NCBI GenBank assembly: GCA_946183925.1
Contig: CAMHDS010000004.1
Coordinates: 697-64,696, forward strand
DNA from: an uncultured Fibrobacter sp.
GTDB lineage: Bacteria; Fibrobacterota; Fibrobacteria; Fibrobacterales; Fibrobacteraceae
DNA length: 64,000 nucleotides
Direction of reading: 5' to 3'
Part shown: positions 36,550-46,547 of the stretch, in pieces
Position numbering within the stretch: position 1 is the first letter of the stretch
Layout of the letters: each line of letters starts with the position of its first letter
Program-made: the position numbers and the translations under genes
Notes under the pieces: model-generated
Seen by the model: the letters and a program-made list of their open reading frames with translations, nothing else
Told to the model about the DNA's origin: nothing
The model's database searches: none

Positions 36550-38898
36550 TCAAGGGTGAGCCGCAGGCCCGAGCTCGACCGCTACCTTCTTGTGGTGCGC
36601 CTTCAGGGCATCGAGGAACGCCGGACACTTGGATTCGTCCACAAGGGCTTCAGACACCTTGACAACCTTCCTCACATCGGAAACATAGACCACAGGGCCA
36701 AGGGCCTCGGGCGCAATCCTTGCCGCCACAAGACCGTCGGACACAGAGCCACCACCGAGAAGCAGGGGGATTCCAATTTCTTGTTTCTTGAATTCCCGGA
36801 CCACCCGCATCATCTCCAGGAGCCCCGAAGTAAACTGCGCCGACAGGTAGACAATGTCCGGCTGTTCGCAAACCAGGGTTTCCAGAATTTTTTCACAGGT
36901 GCACCCCTGCTGCAGGTCCACCACCGGAAACCCGTAGTTCAAAAGCAGTTCATCCAAAATATCCCTGTCAATATCGTGGACAAGGGAATCCATAGAAGCC
37001 AGAACGAATTTCGAAGCAAAGGGCGGGCTCAAATGGGCTTCGTCCCCAAGGGATTCCCGCTTGGCAGCCAAATTCCGCTTCAACTCGGCAAAACGTTTTT
37101 CCAGCCGGGGCATAAAAATCTTCGCTCCGGCAGAACCCGTCTTTTTCCTGGCCGATGATTCCGCATATTCCAGCAGGGCATTCGTAGCCTCCGGACTGCG
37201 ATTGAACAGCAGGTCCTCTATCAGGTGGCGAAGTTCCAGCGGTATTTCCTCGTAGGCAGGCAAGGTTCCGTCTTCGATGATTCCAAAATCCAGGCCCGCC
37301 ATGGATGCATGGTTCAGGAACACTGAATTCATGCAGTCCCGCAAGTAGGAATCTTCCTTGAAAGCGTACCCCAGCAAGGAAAGGTCACCCACCACATGGG
37401 CATGGGGCAGATTTTCCTTCACGAATCGGCAGGCCTCAAAGAACTCCCTGGCCGAATCCGTATATTCATCCCGACCTGTACCCACCGGCAAAACCACCGG
37501 ATCGAACAAGATATCCTCAGATGCAAAATCTAGGCGACCCACCAGCAGGCGATACATGCGTTCCATCAGTTCTGTGCGACGCTCATACGTCAGGGCCGGC
37601 CCCTGTTCATCTTCTGCCCTGCAGACCACCGCAAAGCCATGCCGACGAATCTCTTCGGCCTCTAAGAAGAATATGTCCTCCCCCTTCTTGAGGCTGATGG
37701 ACTTTACAATTCCCTTGCCCTGCACGTTTTCCATGCCCGAAAGCAAGGTATCCCACCGGATGGATTCGATCATAACCGGACATTTGGCTATGGAAGGTTC
37801 TTCCAGCATGTCCTTCAAGAATCGGGGCATCTCGGTTTTCGGGTCTGCAAGCCCGCCGTCCAAATCTACACGTACGATAGCACCAGCCTTCCCTGACGGT
37901 ACAATGGAAACAAGTTTGTGTCCAGGGGTCAATTCCAAAGGTTCTAACCCGCTCAACAGCATGTTGTAGTCACGGGCAGGCACCTTGCGAGGGTCCCTTG
38001 CCGCATACACACGGGCAAAAGTCCGGATCGCTTCGGGCGTAGTCTCGCTACAGCCCCCCACGATATTCACCGAGACCTCATCCGGGATTATCTTGTCGGC
38101 ACATACGCTCAAGCGCACGCGGGCACTATCCACATCCCGCATAAGGGAGCGTATGTCAGCGGCTTCTAGGCCACAGTTGAACCCAATACTGAAAATCGGA
38201 AAACTGGAAACGCTATGCCAAAAGGCCTTGGCCGAAAGCCCTGCCGCCATGCGGCCGCCTGAGCCAACAAAACTTCCCGAAACCATAATGGGGAAAAGTT
38301 CGCCCCGCTTTTCGCATTCCTTGCAGATGGCATAGAGAGCGGCCTTGCAGTTTCGCATATCTGAAACCGATTTCACCAAAAGCACATCGGCGCCGCCGTC
38401 CAAAAGTCCACGCACCTGCTCGCCGTAGGCCATCGAGAGTTCACTAAAATCTGTCACAGAAGAAATAGACGCGATAGCCCCAACCACGAACTTGGGCGTT
38501 ACCATCTTTCCCTGGACCCTGCGCCAGGCGTTAAATTCCTTAACGGCTTCGCAAGCCGCCTGGGCGCCCGCCTTGGCTATGTCGTAGGCCATGTGCTCTA
38601 GACGGTACTTGGTCTGGCCAAAACTGGAAGCACAAGCGGTATTCGCCTCTATCAGGTCCGCACCCGCTTCCAAAAATGCCAGGTGAATCCCTTTCACCTT
38701 GTCCGGCGCGGTAAGGCACAGCACGTCGTTGTCGCCTTTCAGTTCCACGAAGTGGTCCGCAAACATCTTCCCGCGGAAATCGGCTTCGGACAGATCCAGC
38801 CGCTGGAGCACGACATTGAAACCGCCATCCAGAACCAACACCTGGTGGTTACAGCAAGAAATCAGCTCCTGGTAGGATTTGGAAAGATTCATGGCCAT
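36550..38898 (-). CDS. Degenerate methionine synthase (MetH)-like protein
   Basis: LVLDGG, FLEAGADLIEAN, GFNC, VGGCSETTP; pterin-like domain (SISLKKGE, DILFDP); B12-like VHDID. No AdoMet activation domain. Confidence 0.8.
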   Translation of the reverse strand: MAMNLSKSYQELISCCNHQVLVLDGGFNVVLQRLDLSEADFRGKMFADHFVELKGDNDVLCLTAPDKVKGIHLAFLEAGADLIEANTACASSFGQTKYRLEHMAYDIAKAGAQAACEAVKEFNAWRRVQGKMVTPKFVVGAIASISSVTDFSELSMAYGEQVRGLLDGGADVLLVKSVSDMRNCKAALYAICKECEKRGELFPIMVSGSFVGSGGRMAAGLSAKAFWHSVSSFPIFSIGFNCGLEAADIRSLMRDVDSARVRLSVCADKIIPDEVSVNIVGGCSETTPEAIRTFARVYAARDPRKVPARDYNMLLSGLEPLELTPGHKLVSIVPSGKAGAIVRVDLDGGLADPKTEMPRFLKDMLEEPSIAKCPVMIESIRWDTLLSGMENVQGKGIVKSISLKKGEDIFFLEAEEIRRHGFAVVCRAEDEQGPALTYERRTELMERMYRLLVGRLDFASEDILFDPVVLPVGTGRDEYTDSAREFFEACRFVKENLPHAHVVGDLSLLGYAFKEDSYLRDCMNSVFLNHASMAGLDFGIIEDGTLPAYEEIPLELRHLIEDLLFNRSPEATNALLEYAESSARKKTGSAGAKIFMPRLEKRFAELKRNLAAKRESLGDEAHLSPPFASKFVLASMDSLVHDIDRDILDELLLNYGFPVVDLQQGCTCEKILETLVCEQPDIVYLSAQFTSGLLEMMRVVREFKKQEIGIPLLLGGGSVSDGLVAARIAPEALGPVVYVSDVRKVVKVSEALVDESKCPAFLDALKAHHKKVAVELGPAAHP

Positions 38899-38902
38899 AG
38901 TC

Positions 38903-39400
38903 TTACCACCGCTGGTTCTTGCCCTTCACTTCGCCGGGCAGCAACTGCCCGGGGCTCGACCGCTGGCCGTCTCGCCCCGTAAAGTTCGGATTGAACTGCT
39001 TTATCTGAGCCTGCTTTGCCTCAGCCTGCACCTCTTGCAAATGCTTTTCCCAGTCCTGCACGGCATCGTCCAGCTCGCCGCGTGCCTGGAGCATCAGGTC
39101 CCGCAGTTGCAAAAGTTCCAGCATCTGGTCACGCTTCATCATCCACAACTCTTCTTCTTCGGGCAGGCGTTCAATATTGAAAAGCAGGTTCAAATATTTC
39201 TTTTCGGCTTCGGCATAGGCCTTGTAGGTCTGCTCATAGACCAGGTAGCGGTCATCTACCATGGTCTGCTGGGGCGAAGGATGGTTTGCGCATCCCGAAA
39301 GCAGGGACAGCATCAATAGCGGAAGCAACGCAAAGAACAGCATCGCGAAATCCTTCGCGACACCCGCATCTTTCAAACCGTCACGCTTCACAGAAAACAT
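38903..39400 (-). CDS. Hypothetical lipoprotein (helical / coiled-coil)
   Basis: Lipobox LLSGC; TAATG coupling with the upstream gene. Confidence 0.65.
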   Translation of the reverse strand: MFSVKRDGLKDAGVAKDFAMLFFALLPLLMLSLLSGCANHPSPQQTMVDDRYLVYEQTYKAYAEAEKKYLNLLFNIERLPEEEELWMMKRDQMLELLQLRDLMLQARGELDDAVQDWEKHLQEVQAEAKQAQIKQFNPNFTGRDGQRSSPGQLLPGEVKGKNQRW

Positions 39401-40344
39401 TACTCAGCACTCCCCTCTTCAGGCCTTTTCAGGTTAAACAACCTTTCATTGGTGATATGGCTTTCAAACACCACCGTATCCTTGGTGACAGGGTGCACCA
39501 TGGTGTGCTTACCCACCTTCACTTCACGTTCCTGGCAAGGGATTCCCGTCTCGGGCTCCATCATCACCTCAAAAGCGGTATTGTATTCCGCCTTGAGTCC
39601 GGAGTTGTAAGCCTTGTACTTTTCGGGGATGATATTGCTGTTTACGTGCTGCTCCCAGATGTAGTAGGGGAAGCTCTCCGTTTCCGTCAAGTATACCACG
39701 TAATCCAGACAACGACGGTGGTCCCGGTTCTCGAAACCCTTCACCACCACAGAATCAATCTTGATAAGCGCAAAGTTCAAGCGGCCCTGGTCCTGAAGTA
39801 ACTTGGTAATGTTTCCCTTGGAAGGTATCTCGCCCTTGAGCAGGTGGGTCATTTCCCAGCGGTGCTTTTCCAGGCGTTTCAGGTGGGGCTTGTATTCTGG
39901 ATTCAAGAGTTGCTTGCGCCAGCGCTCCGGCATAGGGATGCGGGTCAACAGACTGTCGTAACCGTCATCGATTCCTTCCAGGGAAATCACCGCACGATCC
40001 ACGGCGGTAAGGTCCACTTCCTTGATGCGGAAGGCAAGCTCCGTAGGCATGAAGTTCTTCAGGTAGCCACGGGACTTGTCCATCACGTACTTGCGTTTTA
40101 CCTTCAGGGTGTCACCACTGGAGGAATAATTCAAGTCGTCGTAGGAGGCGGTGATAGTCCCCATCTGCTCCGTACCTTCCATGTCCACTGTTGCATAATA
40201 GCTTTCGGCGTACAGTTCCAAATCCACAGGAGCAGGCAGTTTATAGCCCACCGTCACCGTAGATTCGTTACAACCCGACAAAAGCACAAGGCCGAAAGCC
40301 GCAAGGGCCACGCCACAAATATCAAGACATCTACTCAATCGCAT
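39400..40344 (-). CDS. Hypothetical lipoprotein
   Basis: Lipobox LLSGC; 314-aa ORF with typical codon usage. Confidence 0.7.
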   Translation of the reverse strand: MRLSRCLDICGVALAAFGLVLLSGCNESTVTVGYKLPAPVDLELYAESYYATVDMEGTEQMGTITASYDDLNYSSSGDTLKVKRKYVMDKSRGYLKNFMPTELAFRIKEVDLTAVDRAVISLEGIDDGYDSLLTRIPMPERWRKQLLNPEYKPHLKRLEKHRWEMTHLLKGEIPSKGNITKLLQDQGRLNFALIKIDSVVVKGFENRDHRRCLDYVVYLTETESFPYYIWEQHVNSNIIPEKYKAYNSGLKAEYNTAFEVMMEPETGIPCQEREVKVGKHTMVHPVTKDTVVFESHITNERLFNLKRPEEGSAE

Positions 40345-40371
40345 TCCTAGTAAACCTGTCGCGAAAATCGG

Positions 40372-40809
40372 TTACTTGTTCTTTGTAATGTTCAGTTCCT
40401 TTGAGGCAAGGACTCGGCCCTCGGTGCTGAATTCCACCACCACAGAACCCGGATTCTTCTGATGTGCCAGCTCACGTGCTGTCATAAGGCCTCCATGCTT
40501 GGACTTTCCCTGCAGGGTGTAGGCGCCCAGCTTTTCGGTCACGACCACATCACGATTCCAAATCTTCTTGCCCTTGGCGGCCAAGGTTCCCTCATAGAAA
40601 GCGATAGTCATTTTGGTAAAGTCGAAATTCTTGCCGTAGCGGAACTGCACAATCAAGGGGTCGTTCAACGCAAATTCGCTAGCGGTATCAGCCACCACCT
40701 GGGTGCCCGGGTTCCATTCCCTGCCGCAAACAACAGAAGGCTCTTCCATGGAACAAGCCGAAAACAGAAGGCCCAAAGCCAGCAACAACAAAAACAATGA
40801 TTTTTTCAT
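40372..40809 (-). CDS. Hypothetical lipoprotein
   Basis: MKKSLFLLLLALGLLFSAC lipobox; AAGAGG RBS before ATG 40809. Confidence 0.72.
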   Translation of the reverse strand: MKKSLFLLLLALGLLFSACSMEEPSVVCGREWNPGTQVVADTASEFALNDPLIVQFRYGKNFDFTKMTIAFYEGTLAAKGKKIWNRDVVVTEKLGAYTLQGKSKHGGLMTARELAHQKNPGSVVVEFSTEGRVLASKELNITKNK

Positions 40810-40900
40810 AATCACCTCTTCTTAACCTTCACAATCTAGCAAATTACAGCATCCGCTGCCCAACGCCTAGCACCTAATATCCGCAGACAAGCGTCCCTTT

Positions 40901-42118
40901 CTAGCGGGCCAGCACGAACATCATTTCCAGATGGGGTGTCTGGGGGTAAAAGGCAAAACCTTCCGCCCGCTTCAGGGCAAACCCCGCCGCGCTAAACTTC
41001 GCAAAATCCCTGGCCAGGGTCACCGGGTCGCAGGACACGTAAATCAGCCGGTTCACGGAACTCTTCACGATGGCGGAGAGCGCTTCTGGCGGAAGTCCCG
41101 TCCTGGGCGGGTCCACAATCAGGGTGGCAGGCTTGTCCACCACGTTCTTGGCGAGCCATTCTTCTGCCGGCGCGGAGACGTTTTCCGTTTCCGCAGCGCC
41201 CTTGTTTCCAGATAAATTAACCTTTGCGTACTTAAGACACAGGGGTTCCCGTTCCACCGTAGTAATCCGCTTGAACCTGTCTTGTAGCATAGCGGCAAAG
41301 AACCCGACCCCACTGAAAAGGTCTATAAGCCATTCATCTGATGCCGCTCCCGAAGCGATTCCCTCGTCCACCGCCTCCCGCACGGACTCCACCAGACGGG
41401 GCAACAGCGAAAGATTGCTCTGGAAAAACACGGACGCATCGCTTACTATTCCCTTGTCGCACATCTTGACGGTGCTGACGGAACATTCCTGCCTGCGGGA
41501 TTCGGGCATGCCTCGATAATAGTAGGCCACACGTCCCGCGCCATCGTCGAACAGGTTCAATTCCAAGTCTTTAGGGATACGTTTTAGGCCCTTGAAAATC
41601 TCCGATGCCTTGGCATTTTTCAAAAAATCACTCAGCCCGGAAGTGAGCACCGGGCAGTTCTCTATGGCCACCACCCCGTTGCTTTCCTGTTTGCGGAATC
41701 CGAAACGGCATCGGCCGTCACGCTCCCCTAAGTAAACCACCCGAGCCCGGTTCCTGTAACCCCAGGGTTCGGCCTGATAAATCTTGAAATCTGCCGAGAG
41801 TTCCTGATGGGCAATCCGCTGGAAGTTTTCCCGCTCAACACGTTCCAGGTATGGAACCTGTTTCGCGGAATCTAGATGCTGCAAACTACAACCGCCGCAC
41901 TTCCCGTAAAGAGGACAGCGGGGCTGCACGCGGTCGGCGCTCTTTTCCAGCACTTCCACCACACGACCCCGTGCAAAGTCCTTCTTGCTAGTGGTCAGTT
42001 CCACCCGACAGCGTTCACCAGGGAGGCCTCCCCACACAAAACACACACGACCGTCGTTCAAGCGGGCAAGCCCCTCGCCCCCTTGCACCAATTTTTCTAT
42101 GGAAAGCTCACAAACCAT
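40901..42118 (-). CDS. RNA (uracil-5-)-methyltransferase, RlmD/TrmA family
   Basis: TRAM domain, CPLYGKCGGC Fe-S motif, FFQSN, DLFSGVG, VDPPRTG, YVSCDP, FYPQTPHLE. Confidence 0.92.
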   Translation of the reverse strand: MVCELSIEKLVQGGEGLARLNDGRVCFVWGGLPGERCRVELTTSKKDFARGRVVEVLEKSADRVQPRCPLYGKCGGCSLQHLDSAKQVPYLERVERENFQRIAHQELSADFKIYQAEPWGYRNRARVVYLGERDGRCRFGFRKQESNGVVAIENCPVLTSGLSDFLKNAKASEIFKGLKRIPKDLELNLFDDGAGRVAYYYRGMPESRRQECSVSTVKMCDKGIVSDASVFFQSNLSLLPRLVESVREAVDEGIASGAASDEWLIDLFSGVGFFAAMLQDRFKRITTVEREPLCLKYAKVNLSGNKGAAETENVSAPAEEWLAKNVVDKPATLIVDPPRTGLPPEALSAIVKSSVNRLIYVSCDPVTLARDFAKFSAAGFALKRAEGFAFYPQTPHLEMMFVLAR

Positions 42119-42209
42119 GAGGAAAATATAGCGATTTACCAGCATTCCAAGCGGCAAACAAACACCGCTCTCTTTTGTATATTATCAAAAGCTTTCAGTA
42201 GGAGGCAAC

Positions 42210-43274
42210 ATGCGATACAATTCTGTCCTTTTCCAAAGAAAAAAAAATCCTCTCACGCTCCTTACCTTGTCTTTATGTGCCACTACTGTACTATTTTGCG
42301 CCTGCAGCGACGACAGTTCCTCTAGTGCAAATGACGAGCCGGCAATATCTACGGAGACTAGTTCCTTGGAAGTGGACGAAGGACACAACGTTCTCACCTG
42401 GACTACCGAAAAATCCAAAGAGCTGTGCGTCCATGAAAAGGGCTCCTTTACATGGAAAACGGTGGACCAGGGAACCTCTAAAGAATCTGCCCGATACGAA
42501 TTCCGGGGCGACACCCTGGTACTTTACCCCATAGCTTTCAAAACAGGCGAACAGGAACGGTTTGGCCGCATGTACCTAGGCGGTACGGCGGGCAAGATAT
42601 ACGGCACTTGGAGGGCCCTTTTCTGCGACTTCGACCCGGTAGAAAAAAACACCTTCTGCGCAACTGGCGACGTCTTTACCACAAAAACCATTACCCTTTC
42701 CAAGGGAGAAATGATCACCGAAACTCAATATGACTTTGAAAGGTACAGCGCCCAGAAAAGCGGGAACCTGGTACTTTCTGAATTGACGGCAGACATTCTC
42801 CGGGCTTTGAAAGGAACATTCGAGCTCTACATTCCAGGAGCATTCGTCGATGACTCCGCAAGAGTCCTGAGCCTTATTCAGGAATACAAGATTACCACCG
42901 TTTCGCAAACCAAGACATCCATCAACTTCAAGATGGATGGCAAGGAATACGCCCTCAAGTACAACGAGGCCGAAGAGACCTTGGCCAAGGATGGCAGCGA
43001 AAAGGTGAACCGCACCGTAAAGCTGGAACTATCTTCGGGAAAAACCACCTGCAACCTGGACTTTGAACGGACCTTCATGGAAAAGTCCCTATGCAAAAGC
43101 GAAAACAAAGACTACCTTGACATAAACAAAGAAATTATTGACGGACAGGGAAACACCCTGGAATACGCCGTTGCCTACCTGGCCAACAACCAGGAGGAAT
43201 TCGAGAAGTGCGTCAAGTCCGTTAGCCCGGCTTCAAGCAGCAATGGACAAGGCTACGACGGCGAACTCAACTAG
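42210..43274 (+). CDS. Hypothetical lipoprotein
   Basis: Lipobox FCAC-SDDSSSS; AGGAGG RBS. Confidence 0.72.
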   Translation: MRYNSVLFQRKKNPLTLLTLSLCATTVLFCACSDDSSSSANDEPAISTETSSLEVDEGHNVLTWTTEKSKELCVHEKGSFTWKTVDQGTSKESARYEFRGDTLVLYPIAFKTGEQERFGRMYLGGTAGKIYGTWRALFCDFDPVEKNTFCATGDVFTTKTITLSKGEMITETQYDFERYSAQKSGNLVLSELTADILRALKGTFELYIPGAFVDDSARVLSLIQEYKITTVSQTKTSINFKMDGKEYALKYNEAEETLAKDGSEKVNRTVKLELSSGKTTCNLDFERTFMEKSLCKSENKDYLDINKEIIDGQGNTLEYAVAYLANNQEEFEKCVKSVSPASSSNGQGYDGELN

Positions 43275-43279
43275 CAGCC

Positions 43280-44086
43280 TTAACGTCTAATGGTCGGGAC
43301 GGCCGCAAGGAGCGTCTTGGTGTATTCGTGTTGAGGCGCGGTCAGAACTGTCTTTGCCTCGCCCCGCTCTACAATTTTTCCAAAGTACATGACCAGCACC
43401 AAATCGCTCAGGGCACGCACCACCTGCATGTCGTGACTGATAAACACGATGGACAGGTCCAGCTCTTTTCGCAGGTCGTCCAACAGATGCAGAATCTGGG
43501 CCTGAACCGAAACGTCCAGGGCGCTGGTCACCTCGTCGCAAAGCAAAATCTTCGGCCGGACCATCAGGCTCCGGGCAATGCAGAGGCGTTGCCGCTGCCC
43601 CCCCGAAAATTCGTGGGGGAACTTTTGGAGCGATTTCGCAGGTAAGGAGACCCGCTCCAAAAGTTCCTTTGCCCGTGCCTCCGCCTCAACCTGCTTTACA
43701 CCACGGGCAAGCAGCGGCACTGTCAAAATCTCCGACACCGTCTGACGCGGATTCAAACTGCTGTAAGGGTCCTGAAAAATCATCTGCACCAAGTCTGAAA
43801 CACGCCTACCCGAAGGTTCCAGCCTCCCTTTCGCCACATTTTCTCCAAACAGCCTGAACCGCCCCTCCGCCACAGGGGCAAGGCCCACCAAAGACTTAAC
43901 TAGGGTGGTCTTACCGCAGCCGGATTCCCCCACAATGGAAAGAATCTTCCCCTGAGGCAGGTCAAAAGAAACCCCGTCCACCGCCGTAAAGTAATCCTGG
44001 ACCTTCCCCAGGACTCCCCCACGACGCGGAAACCGTACCGTCAGGTCCTGAACTTCCAATACGGGTATTTCCACATTTTCGGACAA
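43280..44086 (-). CDS. Oligopeptide/dipeptide ABC transporter ATP-binding protein
   Basis: GESGCGKT, FQDPYSSLNP, FSGGQRQR, LLCDE, ISHD, HEYTKTLLAAVP. Confidence 0.92.
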   Translation of the reverse strand: MSENVEIPVLEVQDLTVRFPRRGGVLGKVQDYFTAVDGVSFDLPQGKILSIVGESGCGKTTLVKSLVGLAPVAEGRFRLFGENVAKGRLEPSGRRVSDLVQMIFQDPYSSLNPRQTVSEILTVPLLARGVKQVEAEARAKELLERVSLPAKSLQKFPHEFSGGQRQRLCIARSLMVRPKILLCDEVTSALDVSVQAQILHLLDDLRKELDLSIVFISHDMQVVRALSDLVLVMYFGKIVERGEAKTVLTAPQHEYTKTLLAAVPTIRR

Positions 44087-44092
44087 ACGAAA

Positions 44093-44314
44093 TTACCCCT
44101 GTTCCTTGCCCGACTCCTCTTCTAGGCTGTTCAGGGCTTCTTGGACATTCTGTTCCGTTTTCAAGAGAATCTGCCTGCACTTGCGCAACAGCTCTGTTGC
44201 CTCCTTGACCTGGTCCGAAAGCTCGTCGATTCCCATTTCCGAGTTGTCGATACGCGTAAGGATGCTTTCCAGACGGTCCATGGAGTTCTTGTATTCCAAA
44301 TTTTCGGTACTCAT
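44093..44314 (-). CDS. xseB: Exodeoxyribonuclease VII small subunit
   Basis: Y..SMDRLESIL..ID...IDEL...LLRKC...L..TE pattern, about 73 aa. Confidence 0.85.
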   Translation of the reverse strand: MSTENLEYKNSMDRLESILTRIDNSEMGIDELSDQVKEATELLRKCRQILLKTEQNVQEALNSLEEESGKEQG

Positions 44315-44321
44315 ATTCAAG

Positions 44322-44335
44322 AATATAGTTACATT
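44322..44335. promoter_or_regulatory. Back-to-back -10 hexamers (putative bidirectional leaderless promoter)
   Basis: TATATT on minus (44322-44327) is 7 nt before the xseB ATG. TACATT on plus (44330-44335) is 8 nt before ATG 44344. Confidence 0.6.
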
Positions 44336-44343
44336 TAACGGAC

Positions 44344-45045
44344 ATGGATTTTAACATGTGGCATAGGCATCCTGTTTTTACACGAAGTCATCTCCTCTCC
44401 GTAGCGGTGACGGCATTCCTGCTAGTTGCCTGCCTGGACATTCCGGACACTCCCGAACCGAAAAATACGGCATCCCATGTGACAGTCTATTCCGTTCAAA
44501 AAGGCAACTCTGATTCCACCAGCCTGAAAATTCACCCTGAAAATCCCGCCACCCTCAAGGCCGAAGTTCGCCCCAAAGACCTAGAGTCCGAACTCCGTTT
44601 TAGCTGGTATAGGGACACCCTATTGGGTGAAGGCGCCTCTTTCAAGATTCCCGCCTACCCAGAAGAAGACGAAATCCCCAACAGGCTTGTGGTAAAAGAC
44701 AGCGAAGGAAATTCCGTCTCGTCGGATTTTGAAATTACCGTCAATAGCCCGCCCACATTTACCGAAGATTTCTTCCCTGCTCAGGGCGACACCCTGTACG
44801 GTACCACACACACACCCTTCACCTTCAGCTGGAAAGCCTACGACAACGAAGACGCCTCTCTGGATTACATTCTAGAACTGGATACGACCCTCTACTACGT
44901 AGGAGCCTTGGAAAAAATCCAACAGTCCGGACTCCAATCAGGGACTCATCTTTTCTTGGTCATCGTGAAAGATTCGGAAGGGGATACCGACACCCTTCCC
45001 CCGGTCAAATTCTACGTAGTTGACACTCTGGAGGCGAAAAAATGA
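44344..45045 (+). CDS. Lipoprotein with Ig/FN3-like beta-sandwich domains
   Basis: Lipobox LVAC; FSW motifs; VNSPP linker; ATGA overlap with the next gene. Confidence 0.7.
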   Translation: MDFNMWHRHPVFTRSHLLSVAVTAFLLVACLDIPDTPEPKNTASHVTVYSVQKGNSDSTSLKIHPENPATLKAEVRPKDLESELRFSWYRDTLLGEGASFKIPAYPEEDEIPNRLVVKDSEGNSVSSDFEITVNSPPTFTEDFFPAQGDTLYGTTHTPFTFSWKAYDNEDASLDYILELDTTLYYVGALEKIQQSGLQSGTHLFLVIVKDSEGDTDTLPPVKFYVVDTLEAKK

Positions 45046-46547
45046 AAAATTTCGTTTCCATCTTCGCTCCCTTCGTAGCCCTTGTATTTTTTACCGCCTG
45101 TTCTGACAGCGACCAGTACCTCTACAATGAAGAAGACTCCGTCGCCCTCCAGATTCATGCCGAAATGACCCGCACCTACGAAATAGAGTCTGCCGAGTCT
45201 TGGGACGACCAATATCCGTGTATTGACAACTGCTCCCCCCAAGTCAAGCCTTCTCGGGTCAGAGCCGACACCGTCACCTCCAAGGACACCCTGATCTTCA
45301 TTGGAGAAATTACGCCGAACAGGCAGGCCCATTACCGCGAATACTATTGGACTTTGGATGGCGAGGATTTTTCTAACGATATGAACTTCCGCAAGCCTGT
45401 AACCAAGCCGGGATACCACGAAATCTGTTTCGTGGTGACAGACCACTACGGCGATACCCTGCGGGACACTCTAAAGCTCTGGGTTTCAAACCCGCCTGTC
45501 ATAGAGTCCCAGGGGTTAATCCCCGCCATAGGGAGCCAGGGACTTTCGCCAAAGGAGGGCATCACCTTCGCCTGGCACGGCTACGACCCCGATTCCATCT
45601 CAAAAGTGTTTTACAAGTTCGAGATCCAGGAACCTCGGGGTATCCGCTATACCGACGACCGAAATCCAAAACTCTATACGGTCAGCCATTCTATCCTGGA
45701 CACCCTTATCGATACGCCGTACTTCACCTATTGGGAGGATCCAGGTTCCTACCACCAGCTAGAAAACTTGAAATTCTACACCTGGAGTGTCCGTGCCGTC
45801 AACGAATTCGGCCAGAAATCGGATAGCCTTATCCAGGGGAATTTCTTCACCAAAGGAATCCGGAACGAAGGCGGAATCCAAACGTTCATCCGCTTCTCCA
45901 ACGAATCCCTTTACGACAGGTACTATTCTAACTACCATGGAAAAATCCATCTAGACATCCAGGACTCCTTATCTAATCTGGTGGTTGAGCACGAGATTGG
46001 TCTAGACACAAATCAGTTCGTCGTTTCGCCGCTGAAACCCGGCAAGTACAAAATTATCGCGAGCCTACCGAAACTCACGGACTTTGTCCCAGACACTGCC
46101 GATGCCACTGTCCTGCCTGGAGAAATTGCCATTGCAGACACGCTACGGTTGTTGGATACCATACCTCCATCCAACAAGTACCTCACCCCCGAAGGACTAC
46201 TCCAAGATACCGACTCCTTAGATTTCAGGGACACCCTCCGGTTTTATTTTGAGGACCACGGCGGAGACCTCCGTCAAGAAGTTCTCTGGAACGGACAGGA
46301 ACTACGCGGCTACGACCGCCGCAACACCCTTTATAGCGACGACCACACCTCTGACACCATTCTGATAACCCTTCCCAAGTCTTACAGAAGCTGGACTTAC
46401 CAGTTGCTATCCATCAGCGCCTATGACTATAGCGGAAATCTAAATTCCAAAACCTACGTCATCAGGCCAAGCTTTGAAAGACCTGAACCGGAGTCCAGTT
46501 CTTCCAGCGCAAAAAGTTCCAGCAGTGCAGGAGGCAAAGATGACTAG
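45042..46547 (+). CDS. Lipoprotein with PKD/FN3-like domains
   Basis: Lipobox FTAC; YYWTLDG, GDTLRDTL, YTWSVRAVN, DTIPP. Confidence 0.72.
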   Translation: MKNFVSIFAPFVALVFFTACSDSDQYLYNEEDSVALQIHAEMTRTYEIESAESWDDQYPCIDNCSPQVKPSRVRADTVTSKDTLIFIGEITPNRQAHYREYYWTLDGEDFSNDMNFRKPVTKPGYHEICFVVTDHYGDTLRDTLKLWVSNPPVIESQGLIPAIGSQGLSPKEGITFAWHGYDPDSISKVFYKFEIQEPRGIRYTDDRNPKLYTVSHSILDTLIDTPYFTYWEDPGSYHQLENLKFYTWSVRAVNEFGQKSDSLIQGNFFTKGIRNEGGIQTFIRFSNESLYDRYYSNYHGKIHLDIQDSLSNLVVEHEIGLDTNQFVVSPLKPGKYKIIASLPKLTDFVPDTADATVLPGEIAIADTLRLLDTIPPSNKYLTPEGLLQDTDSLDFRDTLRFYFEDHGGDLRQEVLWNGQELRGYDRRNTLYSDDHTSDTILITLPKSYRSWTYQLLSISAYDYSGNLNSKTYVIRPSFERPEPESSSSSAKSSSSAGGKDD

